DNA of 64,000 nucleotides from a virus: positions 5,021 through 69,020 of the IMG/VR virus record IMGVR_UViG_3300036791_000379; one strand, written 5' to 3'. The notes under the pieces are model-generated. The model worked only from the letters and a program-made list of their open reading frames with translations. It did no database searches and was not told the DNA's origin. Positions 37,015 to 48,147 of this stretch are shown here, piece after piece. The position numbers and the translations under genes are program-made. Position 1 is the first letter of the stretch, and the number at the start of each line of letters is the position of its first letter.

Positions 37015-38500
37015 TCGCAGATCAGACCAGCGCGGTGAACATGGTGCTGCAGAAACAGCACGACGCCATGAAGCGCGGCCAGCTCGCGATGTGGACGATC
37101 TACGACAGTCCGCGCGACTGGCCGAACGGCCACATCGCGCGCCAGTTCGAGTACGACAAGCCGACCGAGGCGACGTTGACCGGAGACCTGCCGGCGTTGC
37201 GCGAGGTGTTTGCGCGCGCCGGCCTCGTCTGCCTGACCCGCAATCCGCAGGACCAGCCGCAGATCGTGGAGACGTGGATATGACCGATGCCGATCTGACT
37301 TTTCTCACGCGCAAGATCGACCGGATGATGACCGAAGTCGCATCAATGCGCGACGACATGAGCGTGCTGACTGCCATCGTGTTGCGGCTCGACGGCACGC
37401 AATCGGCGACACTGACCGAGATGCGCGCTGTCCATACCCAGATCGGCCGCATGAACGACCGCGTTCGCAAGCTGGAAAATTCAGAAAGTTCTGTATGAGT
37501 GAGAAGCAGCTGCGCGACCTGATCACGTTCGCGTCCGAGTTTTGCGACCGCCAGTTCGCGGCGAAGGGCGTGATCTACCCGCGTTGGCACGCGGTCACGT
37601 CGAGCGGCGAGCAGTTCTATGAGACGTCACCGTTGCTGGACAAGGACCTCGCGGTCGCCATGATCCGCGCGCTGTTCGATCTCCGCGACGTTGTCCGCTA
37701 CGTCTTCATTGACGAGGCGTGGACACTGAGCCGGATGGTCCAGCCCGGCGAGGAGGCGAAGGTTCAGCGCGAGGGCCTATCGAAACATCCCGATCGCGTC
37801 GAGGTCGTGATGATCAGCGGCGAGGATCGCGAGTGCGGCCAGCTGATGCTCCATCGCAACATCATCCGGCCGGCGAAGGGCAAGCCGTACCTTGGGCCGT
37901 TGCTGAGCCTCGATGAGCTACCGTTCATGCCGCAAGGTGGCCACGTCGACCAATCCGAAGGCCGTATGGTCGGCCTGCTGCCGAAGCGAGGGACCATGCA
38001 ATGACGACAGTCGTTCTCACGCCGGCCAACGAGCAGCTGCGCATCGACGAGGTTTACCTGTTCGTCTCGATCGACGAGACCGGCGAAGGCGTCTGCGCCG
38101 CGCCGCTGATGGGTCCTGACAGCCTTGTCCCGCTGATCGCCGCTGACGAGGCCCGGCTCAAATCGCTGGTCCCGGTCGCGCGCCAGCTCGCCAAGATGAC
38201 CGGCGGGAAGATCAAGCTGATCAAATTCACCGCGCGCGAGGAGATCATGGAGATCACGCCGGACGGGAGCCCGACGCAATGAGCATCGAAGACATCGCGG
38301 ACGGCCCGGAGCGCGATCGGATCATCTACGCCCTGCAGCGCGACCTGTGCCCGGACTGCGGCCATCTCGGCATGCGCGGTGGTCCGCGCGGCGGTGCCGG
38401 CCAGAACATTTTCTGCGAGGCCTGCGGTTCCGGCTTCAATGTCGCCCTGCCCCGCAACATCATGTTTGTTCAGCGCATCGGTGGAGGCGTAAAGCAATAA
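37011..38500 (+). other. operon of small hypothetical CDSs (37011..37283, 37280..37498, 37495..38004, 38001..38282, 38279..38500)
   Basis: ATGA/GTGA-coupled ORFs. Confidence 0.55.
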
Positions 38501-38551
38501 TCGTATTCACCTGCTTTTTAGCGGCAGCCGCAGCTCGTCTGTCGTATACCC

Positions 38552-38580
38552 CTTGACAAAGCCGCAATACAGGCGCTTAT
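38552..38580 (+). promoter_or_regulatory. promoter for the Y RNA/Ro60 unit
   Basis: CTTGAC-N17-GCTTAT, preceded by operator half-site GTCGTAT at 38541. Confidence 0.55.
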
Positions 38581-38589
38581 CCCGCGCCG

Positions 38590-38648
38590 CCACGCCGTAG
38601 CTCTCGGTTACTTCGCTTTGTCCTAAAAGCACCAAGATGCCGGGCGCG
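38590..38648 (+). ncRNA. putative short Y-RNA-like RNA
   Basis: shares ACGCCGTAG-N3-TCGGTTACTTCGC with the downstream YrlA-type RNA but has no tRNA-like domain; boundaries approximate. Confidence 0.45.
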
Positions 38649-38666
38649 TCACTTGCTGGCACCCAT

Positions 38667-38802
38667 GAGACAGACGCCGTAGAAGTCGGTTACTTCGCCT
38701 TGTAAGCGAGAGGTCGCAGGTTCGAGTCCTGTCGGGCCGAAAGGCTCGTAGCTCAGTTGGTAGAGCGCTTACGTGATCCGGTTTCGCATTTTGCTCTGTC
38801 TC
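38667..38802 (+). ncRNA. yrlA: YrlA-type tRNA-mimicking Y RNA
   Basis: T arm (GCAGG TTCGAGT CCTGT), acceptor stem closed by GAAA (CGGGCC/GGCTCG), then D arm (GCTC AGTTGGTA GAGC); enclosing stem GAGACAGA/TCTGTCTC; directly upstream of a TROVE gene. Confidence 0.8.
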
Positions 38803-38845
38803 ACCGGTTGCTCGCCGTCGTGGCACGACGAGAAAGGAGCGACCG

Positions 38846-40183
38846 ATGCGAACCAACATCCGCGCACAGAACGCCCTCCGCACCCATGAGGGCGCAATGG
38901 CCCACCCGATCAACGCCGAGCAGGCGCTGCGCCGGTCCGTGCTGTCCTGCCTCCTGTTTGAAAAGGAGTTTTACGAGGACGGCATCGAGATCGCCGCGCG
39001 CATCAAGACGCTGGCCGAGAGCGTGAAGCCGGAAACGGTAGCCGCGCTCGCGGTCGAGGCGCGCAACGTCATGCAGCTGCGCCACGTCCCGCTGCTCTTG
39101 CTGGAGGTACTGTCGCGCACGGCTGCCGGCCGCACTGACGCGCTGGTCTCCAAGACCATCGAGCGCGTGATTGCGCGCGCGGACGAGATGGCCGAGTTTC
39201 TGGCGATCTACACCGCAGGCGGCGATCGTCGTGCGGCGAAGGCTGGCCACGGTCGCCAGTTCTCCGCGCAGGTCATGCTCGGCATCGCTCTGGCGCTGCG
39301 CAAGTTCGATGCCTACCAGCTCGCCAAGTACGATCGGACCGGCAAGGTCAAGCTGCGCGATGTCTTCCGCATCGTGCGGCCGAAGCCGGAAGACGACGCA
39401 CAGGCAGCCTTCTTCAAGGCAGCCAAGGATGGCACGCTGCCCTCGCCCGATACGTGGGAGGTAGCGCTGTCCTCGGGTGCCGAAACCAAGAAGGAGGTGT
39501 TCGAGCGACTGCTCACCGGGGACAAGCTCGGCTATCTCGCGCTGCTGCGCAATCTGCGCAACATGGCGGAGGCCGGTGTCGATCGTGATCTGGTCACCGA
39601 CAAGATCGTGCTGCGCAAGGGCGCGGGTCGCGTGCTGCCGTTCCGCTACGTCGCGGCGGCGCGCGCGGTGCCGACGTTCGAGCCGGCGATCGACAAGGCG
39701 CTGCTGGCCGCGATCGGCGAGCTGCCGGCCTTCGCAGGCCGGACGGTGCTCTTGGTCGACGTCTCGGGTTCGATGAACGAAAAGCTCTCGGCGAAGTCCG
39801 ATATGACCCGGATGGATGCAGCGGCCACGCTAGCCGCGATCTTCCCCGGCGATGTCCGGATGTTCACGTTCTCGAACAGCGTGGTCGAGGTGCCAGCACG
39901 GCGCGGCATGGCCGGCATCGATGCGATCAAGCGCAGCCAGCCGCATCAGGGGACGTATCTCGGTCGGGCGCTGATGCAGCTGAACAGCGTGAACCATGAT
40001 CGTATCGTGGTGATCACTGACGAGCAGAGCCACGATGGCGTGGCCCAGCCGGAAGGTGGCCCGGCCTACATGATCAACGTCGCTTCCAACAAGAACGGCG
40101 TTGGCTATGGCCGCTGGACCCACATCGACGGCTTTTCCGAGAACGTCATCCGCTTCATGCGGGAGTTCGAGACCCAAGCCTGA
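38846..40183 (+). CDS. rsr: Ro60/TROVE-domain RNA-binding protein with C-terminal vWA domain
   Basis: RTHEGA, QLAKY, PDTWE, LGYLALLRNLRN, VLPFRY, LVDVSGSM, VITDEQ. Confidence 0.9.
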   Translation: MRTNIRAQNALRTHEGAMAHPINAEQALRRSVLSCLLFEKEFYEDGIEIAARIKTLAESVKPETVAALAVEARNVMQLRHVPLLLLEVLSRTAAGRTDALVSKTIERVIARADEMAEFLAIYTAGGDRRAAKAGHGRQFSAQVMLGIALALRKFDAYQLAKYDRTGKVKLRDVFRIVRPKPEDDAQAAFFKAAKDGTLPSPDTWEVALSSGAETKKEVFERLLTGDKLGYLALLRNLRNMAEAGVDRDLVTDKIVLRKGAGRVLPFRYVAAARAVPTFEPAIDKALLAAIGELPAFAGRTVLLVDVSGSMNEKLSAKSDMTRMDAAATLAAIFPGDVRMFTFSNSVVEVPARRGMAGIDAIKRSQPHQGTYLGRALMQLNSVNHDRIVVITDEQSHDGVAQPEGGPAYMINVASNKNGVGYGRWTHIDGFSENVIRFMREFETQA

Positions 40184-40187
40184 CAGG

Positions 40188-40219
40188 AGGCCCGCCCGCA
40201 AGGCGGGCCTTCATTTTTT
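40188..40219 (+). terminator. intrinsic terminator after the Ro60 gene
   Basis: AGGCCCGCC/GGCGGGCCT stem then TCATTTTTT. Confidence 0.75.
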
Positions 40220-42199
40220 CTCCAGCTCCGCGATCCGCGCCTTCAGCTTCCCGTTCTCGTTGATCGTCTGCCCGAGCTGGCGCGCTATCGCGAGATCGAC
40301 GCGGAGCTGCCGGCGATGGTGGCGCACCTCGTCGACCAGCTGTCGGACATCGCCAGAGATGGTGGTGTCGTAGATCAGGTCCAGAGCGGCGGTGGAGAGA
40401 AAATCGTCGTCAGCCATCACTGCTTCCCGAAGTCGGTGAAGAACTGGTGCATCTCCCGCTCGACCTGTTGGCGGCCGAACGGTGTCGACAGATCGGCGCG
40501 AATGATGCGGTCGGCAATCCGCTCCAGCTTGGGCGGCACGGTGCGATCTCCGTCGACCACCAAGACCAGCGGCTTCTCCAACAGCACGGAGGCACCGATC
40601 TGCAGGGCGAAACGGACGTCGAAATCGGACGAGATGTCGGGTGCGATCATCAGCACGTTGGCTGAGTCCCTCATCTGCGGGATCAGGTTCTTGCGCACGT
40701 CGGCCTCGAACTGCCGCCAACGCGGATCGCCGGTCGATATAAGCTCGCCGCCCCGTCGTCGTCGCTTCATCTCACGATCTCCTTTTCGCGACCGAGCGGG
40801 TCATTGTTGCTTCTTGCGCAGATAGGCTCGCAAGTCCTCTACCATCTGCGGCGTGGTCTCGATCTTTTCGTCGCCCTCGATCAGTGCGGCAGTGCATTTC
40901 ATGCAGCGCAGCCGGTGCGGTCGCGGCGCGTGCGGCCGGTACTGCACCTTGCATTGGCACTCGGCGCAGCGGCCGATGCAGTTGTCGGGGAGGTACAGCT
41001 TTCCCTCGAACCGCGCGCAGACGAGAATGATCTCGTCGTCGCTCATGGATAGACCCTGACGGTTGAGCCCTGCTGGTGATAGGGACAGGCGTCGTAGGTT
41101 TTTGCATCGGCGCTGCAGTCCAGTCGGCCCTTGGCGAATCTGCAGCCTTGGTGCGCCAGCTCGCTGCCGCATCGTGGCGGCTGATCGAGCCGGACCGATT
41201 CGCCGATGATGCAACGGCTGCGATCTTCGCTCATTCGCGCCATTCCCCGAAGGCCTTGACCTGCAGTTCGCCGATCTGTTGGTTCAAGTCTTCACCCGTT
41301 CCTGCTGATTAAAGCTATTTTGTTGACCAGCCGCGCCGCCACATGAAGGCGCAGTAGGCCGCTACGTCGAGCGGATCGCCCTTCTCAATGTGTCGCAACA
41401 GTTCGGCTCGGCATTCGGCTTCCCAATCATCAGTACGCCAGTTGTCCCGGTAACCATACTTTTGCTCAGCCTTCGCGAGCTTGTCGGAGAGGGCTTGGGC
41501 AAAATCGCGGATCAATTGCCGGGTATTGGGATGCAGATCATCTCGCAAGACTGTAATCTGGTTCTCTGATGGTGCCGTGCAGTTGGTCATTGTCTCACCT
41601 CGCGTTAATGCGCCACAAACGCTTCGCTCACGTCTTCACGCGCGAATAGGTGACGATGCTGCGATCGACGTTGCCGATCCTGTCCCACACCACCTCCGGC
41701 TTGATCAGGCCGAGCCATGTCACATCCTGTCGCAGTATCGCGATCGGCATCCGGCAGCTTGCGGTTTCGCCGAGATGGTTCGCACCGATGATCAGGCACT
41801 TGCCGGCGATCGGGTCCTTGGCGGTCGGCAGCAGGAAGGCGTGGATCGGCTCGCCGCGCATTAGGCCGCCGTCGTCGACCCAGCCAGAATCCTTGTGGCC
41901 GCCTTCAAAGGCCGCGAGCCCGAAGTTGTCGAGAGTCTCGGCACCGATCAGTTCATGCATCTCGGCGAACGAGAGCGTGCTCTCCAGCTCGCGGACATTG
42001 CGGGCCTCCGGGTCGATCAGGATCGCGCGATAGGTCTTCTTGCTCATCGCCGCACCGCCAAGACCAGCGCCAGCGCCATCAGCTCGTTCAGCCCATTGAC
42101 GGCCTTGATCAGGTGCCGGATGGCGAGGCCGTTGAAGACAAGGCCGATGCCGAGCACGAGGATCGTAATCGATTGCGCCAGTTCGTGTGCTATTTGCAT
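40211..42199 (-). other. cluster of small hypothetical CDSs (e.g. 40417..40770, 41315..41590, 41628..42047)
   Basis: short minus-strand ORFs with RBSs. Confidence 0.5.
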
Positions 42200-42200
42200 T

Positions 42201-42755
42201 TCACTCCTCCACCACAAGTCTGGCTTCGCCGCCAAGCGCCTCGACCATTTCCGTGTATGTGTGCGTCCTCGTCGCGACCATCCCGCTCGTGATCTCGCGC
42301 CACTCACCATTCTCGTCGAACGGCGGCGGGAAGATCACGATGGCGTCCTTGGCGTTGTAGCGGACGATAGTCGCGATGCCTTCCTGCGCCCGGCGAAACA
42401 TCCAGCGCCGCAGCGCCGGGTCGCGATGTGCGTCCGGGTGATTCGGATCGATCCAGACTTGCACGACCTGAATGTTCTGCTTGTTGCCGGTCCCGTCGTT
42501 GTTGACGGTGACGAAGTCCGGCATCACGTCGATGACATAGTGCGCCCGGTCGGGGCGCGACAGCTCGTCGGCGTCGTCGTTGACGAGCCACCGGCAATTC
42601 CAGACGCCGCACTCGAACGGCATCTTGGCGGTGTGGTAGACCGCACAACCCTTGCCGAACTTCTGATGCTTGCAGCGCTCGCCCGCCTTCTTCTGCAGCG
42701 GCGGCACCGGCAGCAGCTTGCAGCAGAGCTGGCAGTCACCGCACTCGCGTTTCAT
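42201..42755 (-). CDS. YkgJ-like cysteine-cluster protein
   Basis: RECGDCQLCCKLL...K.AGERCKH...GCAVY...ECGVWNCRWL. Confidence 0.7.
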   Translation of the reverse strand: MKRECGDCQLCCKLLPVPPLQKKAGERCKHQKFGKGCAVYHTAKMPFECGVWNCRWLVNDDADELSRPDRAHYVIDVMPDFVTVNNDGTGNKQNIQVVQVWIDPNHPDAHRDPALRRWMFRRAQEGIATIVRYNAKDAIVIFPPPFDENGEWREITSGMVATRTHTYTEMVEALGGEARLVVEE

Positions 42756-44555
42756 TTGGCTCCTCGACCGAACTCTGGATTACTTTTTTGCTTGGCGATT
42801 AACTGATAGATGCGCTGCCTCGACAGGTGAAACTGGTCGGCAGCTTCACCCGCCGAATGGGTCTTCAGGAAAGCAAAGATAGCGCTGCGCCGCCGCTGCC
42901 ATTTGTCATGGTCGGCAAAGCGCTTCCATTTGCCGGGTCCGTGCATCATTGCTTCCTCGATAGAACGACCTCGGTGCCGTCGACAATCGAATGATAGATG
43001 CCGCGTGCCGCATCGGTCGAGGTCTGAGCGAAGATCGGCATCGAACCGACATGGCCGTTGAGGATCGCCTCGAACTGGATGAAGGCCGAGATTTGATTGT
43101 CCGAGATGAGAACGACGAGGCCGTCGACCGTCCGGTCGCCGCACGTTACGATGCATTCGTCACCGCTGGAGAACGTCATTCTTTGGCGATCCTGCTCATG
43201 CGTTTGATATAGATCGTCGCTCGCCTGATCCGCTCGCCCGGCCGCTTCTCAGCTCTTGCCATCAGGCGACCCCACACGATCCTGCGGACCTTGAACTGGC
43301 CGTTCTTGAGCACGGTGCCGAGCGCCCAGCATTCGGCATTGGAAGCCCGTACACTGGTCGCCGCCGCAAGCCGGGCCTTGGCGCTCTTCAGATCAAGCCG
43401 GGCTGTCTCGACCCTGTCCATCACGTCAGCCGTGGTCGCGTCTTTTTTCATCCCTTACTCCACTTCGCGCGCTCGTAAATCTTGGTGAAGGTCAGGCCCG
43501 GCTCTACCGTCAATCGCTTGAGCATGGCCGCGAACGGCTCCTCCGGTCCGTCGATCCCGACTTCAAAGTGACAGCCGGGGTTCGCGGTGTCGAAGTCGCG
43601 CAGATGCTGCAGCCACTTCTGCTGCAGCGCTTCCGGGACATGGGCACAGGTGAAGATTTTGATGTCCAGCTTTTCCGCTCGCCGTAGCGGCTCACCCATC
43701 GGACCCGGTATCCCGTCCTGCTCTGGTAGCGGTCCCTTTGGTCCTTGTTCAGCGTTCGTCATCGCGCTCGCTCCATTTCTTGAGCCGCGCCGCCCGGCGA
43801 CGGGCATGCCGGTTGCCGGTCTCGGTTTCAGCGGCGATCCGCCGCATCGGGGTCGACGGCAGCCTCTCCATGTTGCGGCTCTTGTTTCGCTTCTTCGTCA
43901 TGGTTTCCTCCTCGACTGGAACGGCTCGATCCGCGCGCCCGGTGCCAGTTGCGAATGCGGTCCCGGCTGCTTGCAGATTTGACAGGTGATGATGGTGCCG
44001 GGATGCTCGGCGATCACCCGCTGGCCCGAAGGATAGATGCCAACCTCGTGGTGGCAGCTCATGCAGCGCGCGACGATCTGATCGGGATGCACCATGTGCA
44101 TGTCGGCGAGCCGCATCACGATCAGCTCCGGTGCTCGCGGTCGCCGCCATCCGCGCAGGCGCTCGAACAGCTTCATTTAGGTCCTCTGAGATACGCGCGG
44201 AGTCTCGGCTCCGAGCAGAACAGGATCGCATTGACCGCCGCCAAGTAGGCATCAATCGATGCGTACAGATAGCGGCCCTCGTTGAACGCAAGGCACGCCA
44301 TCCAGACGCACGCCGCACCGACGAGCACGGCACCGACCTGCATGCAATAGGTGCTCGCGAGCAGCAGCAGCCTCGGCGTCATTTGCGGAACTCCTTGCGG
44401 ATGTCGGCTGCGATCAGCGCGCCGATCTTCTTTGCCATGGCGCGAGCGGAGGTTTCGCCCGGCGGCTCAAGCAGCTCGTGGAAATGTTCCGCGCGTTTGG
44501 CACAGGCCTCGACGGTCACATCGATCAGCGCGTCGCGTTCTTCGGGCGTCATCAT
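42752..44555 (-). other. cluster of small hypothetical CDSs (e.g. 42946..43179, 43176..43451, 43898..44176, 44173..44382)
   Basis: coupled short ORFs. Confidence 0.5.
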
Positions 44556-44785
44556 GCGCTCCTCGCTTTCGCGATGTCCTCGTCAAGCTGTGCGACCAGC
44601 AGCTTGCGGGCGTCGAGCCCGAACTCGCGCTCGATCCGCAGCGCCAGCTCAATCGACAGTGCCGCGTTGCCGTTGACGACGTTCGACAGGCTTGGCCGGG
44701 ACATCTGCAGACGCGCCGCCGCGTCGGTGACGGTCTGACCGCCCTGCACGATGACGGCCTCGTACACTCGCTCATATACTCGCAT
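44552..44785 (-). CDS. HigA-like XRE HTH protein
   Basis: TVTDAAARLQMSRPSLSNVVNGNAALSIELALRIEREFG. Confidence 0.75.
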   Translation of the reverse strand: MRVYERVYEAVIVQGGQTVTDAAARLQMSRPSLSNVVNGNAALSIELALRIEREFGLDARKLLVAQLDEDIAKARSA

Positions 44786-45373
44786 CAAGCATCCAGCCTC
44801 GCGCATTCGTTCGAACAGTAGACCGCGACATGCGCGGGCGGGATCGGCTTGCCGCAGTCGAAGCGCAGGCAGAGCCGCCCGTTGGCATCACCGGCAGCAA
44901 CCCAGCCGCGTTTGCCGCAAGCCGAGCAGCCGTGGCCGCCGCAGCCGTGGCACTGCACGGCATCGGCCGAATAGGTCTTGTCGCGCGGGATGTCCATCAT
45001 GGCCTCCAAGGTAGCAAATTGGGCTTCCAGCTTGCGCTGGATGCTATTGAAGCGACGCAGCGCCAGATGGTGCCGCACCAGCGCCACCGCGTTGAGGACC
45101 ATGACTGCGACGAAAATCCACATCCAGATGTTGTCGGTCATTGTCGGCTCCTGCCGGCCGAGTCGATGTCGTGGCGCTCGGTCTGCGAGACCACCGAAAC
45201 GGTCCAGCCCTTCCGTTGGCAGTGATCGCGGACGAGGTCGCGGGTCCACTTCTTGCGCTTCATGAAGCCGACGATCGGTGCGGCCTCGATCACCACGTCG
45301 TCCCAGAGTACGATGCCGGCATTGAAGCGTTGTCCCTTGTCGGTTGCGCCCGTGATCTGGGCCAGCAGCTCGA

Positions 45374-45613
45374 TCACTGCAGCCTCGGCGGCCGGTCATC
45401 CCAGCCGAGCAGCCAGTGTGGCGTCTTGTGGAGAACGTCGCAGAGCCGGACGATCTCGGACCCATACAGCACCGCGCGTCCCAGCTCCCAGTTCTCAATC
45501 TGGGTTTCGCTAAACCCGGTCAGCCCGGCCAGTTCGTTGCGGCTCATGTCGGCATCGTACATCGCCTGTTGCAGGCGCGCGCCAATTTCCTTCCCCATCT
45601 TCGCTTCCGTCAT
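45374..45613 (-). CDS. XRE-family HTH regulator
   Basis: IGARLQQAM...SRNELAGLTGFSETQIENWELG...TPHWLLG. Confidence 0.8.
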   Translation of the reverse strand: MTEAKMGKEIGARLQQAMYDADMSRNELAGLTGFSETQIENWELGRAVLYGSEIVRLCDVLHKTPHWLLGWDDRPPRLQ

Positions 45614-45791
45614 CGTCGTCCCCTTTCACCGCGCTGGTGTGTTCAGGGCCTCACCAAGATCGACACCCAACCGCAGAACGGAATGCCGAGCAGCACGAGA
45701 CCCATTACGAAATTGCCTCGCAAAATCTCGCGTCCGCCGCCGATGCAAAGCAGCACCGTCGTGAACAGGCCGATGAAAAGCTGCGGTTGCG

Positions 45792-47351
45792 TCATGCGTG
45801 ACCTTCCTGCTTCGGCGCGTAGAGCGAGACCAGATTGACGGCGAACTCGCCGGGGTCGAACTCCTCCATCCACATCTTGTCGGCCGGGTAGGACACGCCG
45901 AATGTCTCGGCGATCATCTGAACCGCTTCTGGCGACGGCATCATGCCCTTCTTCGGACGGTTGATAACGCTGACCGAGAGATGTGTGCAGAGACCGGACG
46001 GCTGATCTTCGACGGAGAACGCGGCGCGGTAGCCGCCGGGGAAGATGATGTGCTGCGACGGCGGTCTTTCGAAACCCGGCTTGCGATCCGCCAGCTTCAC
46101 CATCACGCTGTCCGGCGTGATGCCGTCGCGGAGCGTCTCGAACCTGATCGGATGCGCTTTGGCGTAGGCAATCATCTCAGCGACTCGTTTCTCTTCAGTC
46201 TCGCCTATCCGCAGTATGGCCATCGGCACGCTCCTTCGTGATCACTCCCACGACGGCATTCAATTGTGTGGCGAGCGACTGGCACTCGCTGACGACGTAT
46301 TGCTGGTCGCGATAGATGCGCTCCCGGCCATGAACGATCTCGCGCATGATGCCGCGCGCCTCTTCCGGCATCGAGTCGACCATCTCGTCCATCAGCTTGT
46401 CGATGATGTCGGACCGGAACGGCATGTAGTCACCGGCATGGCCGCAGTCGAAACCGAACCACCAGTGACCGTCCGGCTTGTCGCCCGGCACACGATCCTC
46501 GGCAAAGTTGACGCCGCCGTGGACTTGCAGCGCGATGCTGATCTCGCAGGCGTCGGTCAGCTCTTTGCCGCTGAACAAATGGATGAACAAATCCATGGGT
46601 CCGGTGCCCTCGAATCCACGTCGCCGCGCAAACCACGAGGCAGGGAGCTTCAGCAGATGATTGGTCGGCAGGCCGAACAGCGGATGCCCCTCGCCGACGC
46701 CGACATAGCCACACCAATTGCCGCGAGGAATCCGCTGCATCCTGCACGGCAGGCCCTCGGCCTCAAAGTCGAGGCTGTCCGGCTCGGTTTCCCACGGACG
46801 CTCGGTCAATTCATCGACTCCGCCATTGTTCGCTTCTTCATCGCCACGAGATCGTCCACGAAACAGGTCATGGCGCTGATCGCGTCGGTGGACGACACAC
46901 CTCTCTCGGTCAGGTGATGATAGACGTCGAGCAGCCAGTTGTCGCTGTAGCCCCTGTCCCTGATGCGCTCGACGATCAGCGTGCGGTGGTGGTTCATGGA
47001 GTCCTCACTCCAGTTCTACTGACTCGGCGTCTTGAGTCTGGCTTTCCTGAACCAGTCTTCCGTGGCCTCCGGGATGTCGGAGGTGTCGATCTCTTCAGTC
47101 ATCGACGCCGCCATCACGTCTGCGGGTGACGGCACCTCGATCTGGCGCACCTTGAACCACAGCTCGCTGCGCACGATGTCTTGCCAGACCCTAGCACCGA
47201 GACGATCGCCGATCTCGTTGTGGATCACCACGAGTTCGAGATGCGGCGGGTTGCTGGCCTTGGTGAAGGTAGCGATCCGCAGATTGGCCCACGGCTTGTT
47301 CATCGGAGAATAGATGAACCAGACTTCGCGGTGTTCCTGATCCTCGTCCAT
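45792..47351 (-). other. hypothetical CDSs (45792..46229, 46195..46809, 46806..46997, 47016..47351)
   Basis: coupled ORFs; 46195..46809 has WCGYVG...VHGG..F...WWFGFDCGH. Confidence 0.55.
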
Positions 47352-47788
47352 TACTCAAAGTCCGTATACGCGCGCACCAGAGTCCGAGCCAGATCGATCA
47401 CGCCGCGCCGATGTGCGTTGCCGAGCTTCATCATAGCCTCGTTGATCGCGACGCCGTCCGTGGTCGCCAAGAAGTCGATGAAGCGCGACGCGCTCTCCTT
47501 GCCGTTGCCGCTCTTGAGATCATCCAGAAAATACGATGTGTTGACTTCAAGGATGGCGGCGATCTGCACCAGCCGCGCCGATCCGATCCGGTTGACACCC
47601 TTCTCGTATTTCTGGACCTGTTGGAACGTCAGGCCGAGCCTGTTGGCCAGCTCCTGCTGGCTCATGTGCCGCTCCAGACGGCGGGCACGCAGACGCTTCC
47701 CGATGATGCGGTCGATCGACGTCACACCGCGAACGCTGGCCGTTATGCTGACGCGGCGTGCCTTTGTCGCCCTTGTCGCCTGTGTCAT
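47351..47788 (-). CDS. XRE-family HTH regulator (alphaproteobacterial type)
   Basis: IGKRLRARRLERHMSQQELANRLGLTFQQVQKYEKGVNRIGSARL. Confidence 0.88.
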   Translation of the reverse strand: MTQATRATKARRVSITASVRGVTSIDRIIGKRLRARRLERHMSQQELANRLGLTFQQVQKYEKGVNRIGSARLVQIAAILEVNTSYFLDDLKSGNGKESASRFIDFLATTDGVAINEAMMKLGNAHRRGVIDLARTLVRAYTDFE

Positions 47789-48147
47789 CGCTTGACGCTC
47801 CTCTTCTTCGGTTTCGCGTGGCCGTTGGTTTTCGGCTTGGCCTGCTCCTGCTTCTCCGCCCACGCCTTGGCAGCCTTGCGCTCCTTCTCGATGTCGATGT
47901 CATGCTCCTTGACGAACTCTTCGCGATAGCCGAGTGCCGTCATGACGCCAGCGACGGTGCGGTGTTGTGGGTTGCGGGTGTTGCCGTGGAAAAGTGCGTG
48001 AAGGCAGCTCGTCGAGATTCCGGACAGCTCGTGGACGAGGCCGAGCTTCGTGAAGAGATGTTCGTCCTGCAGCACCGTTCGCATTTTGTCGATGACAGGA
48101 TTTTTATCGATGTAGCGATACGTCCTCAGTACGCGAAGCTCAGCCAT
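47785..48147 (-). CDS. hypothetical protein with possible HTH
   Basis: VHELSGISTSCLHALFHGNTRNPQHRTV. Confidence 0.55.
   Translation of the reverse strand: MAELRVLRTYRYIDKNPVIDKMRTVLQDEHLFTKLGLVHELSGISTSCLHALFHGNTRNPQHRTVAGVMTALGYREEFVKEHDIDIEKERKAAKAWAEKQEQAKPKTNGHAKPKKRSVKR

Noticed and set aside
38694-38772. Functional tRNA-Thr gene
   Set aside because: Arms are in permuted order (T arm before D arm), the acceptor stem is closed by GAAA and there is no CCA end; this fits YrlA instead.
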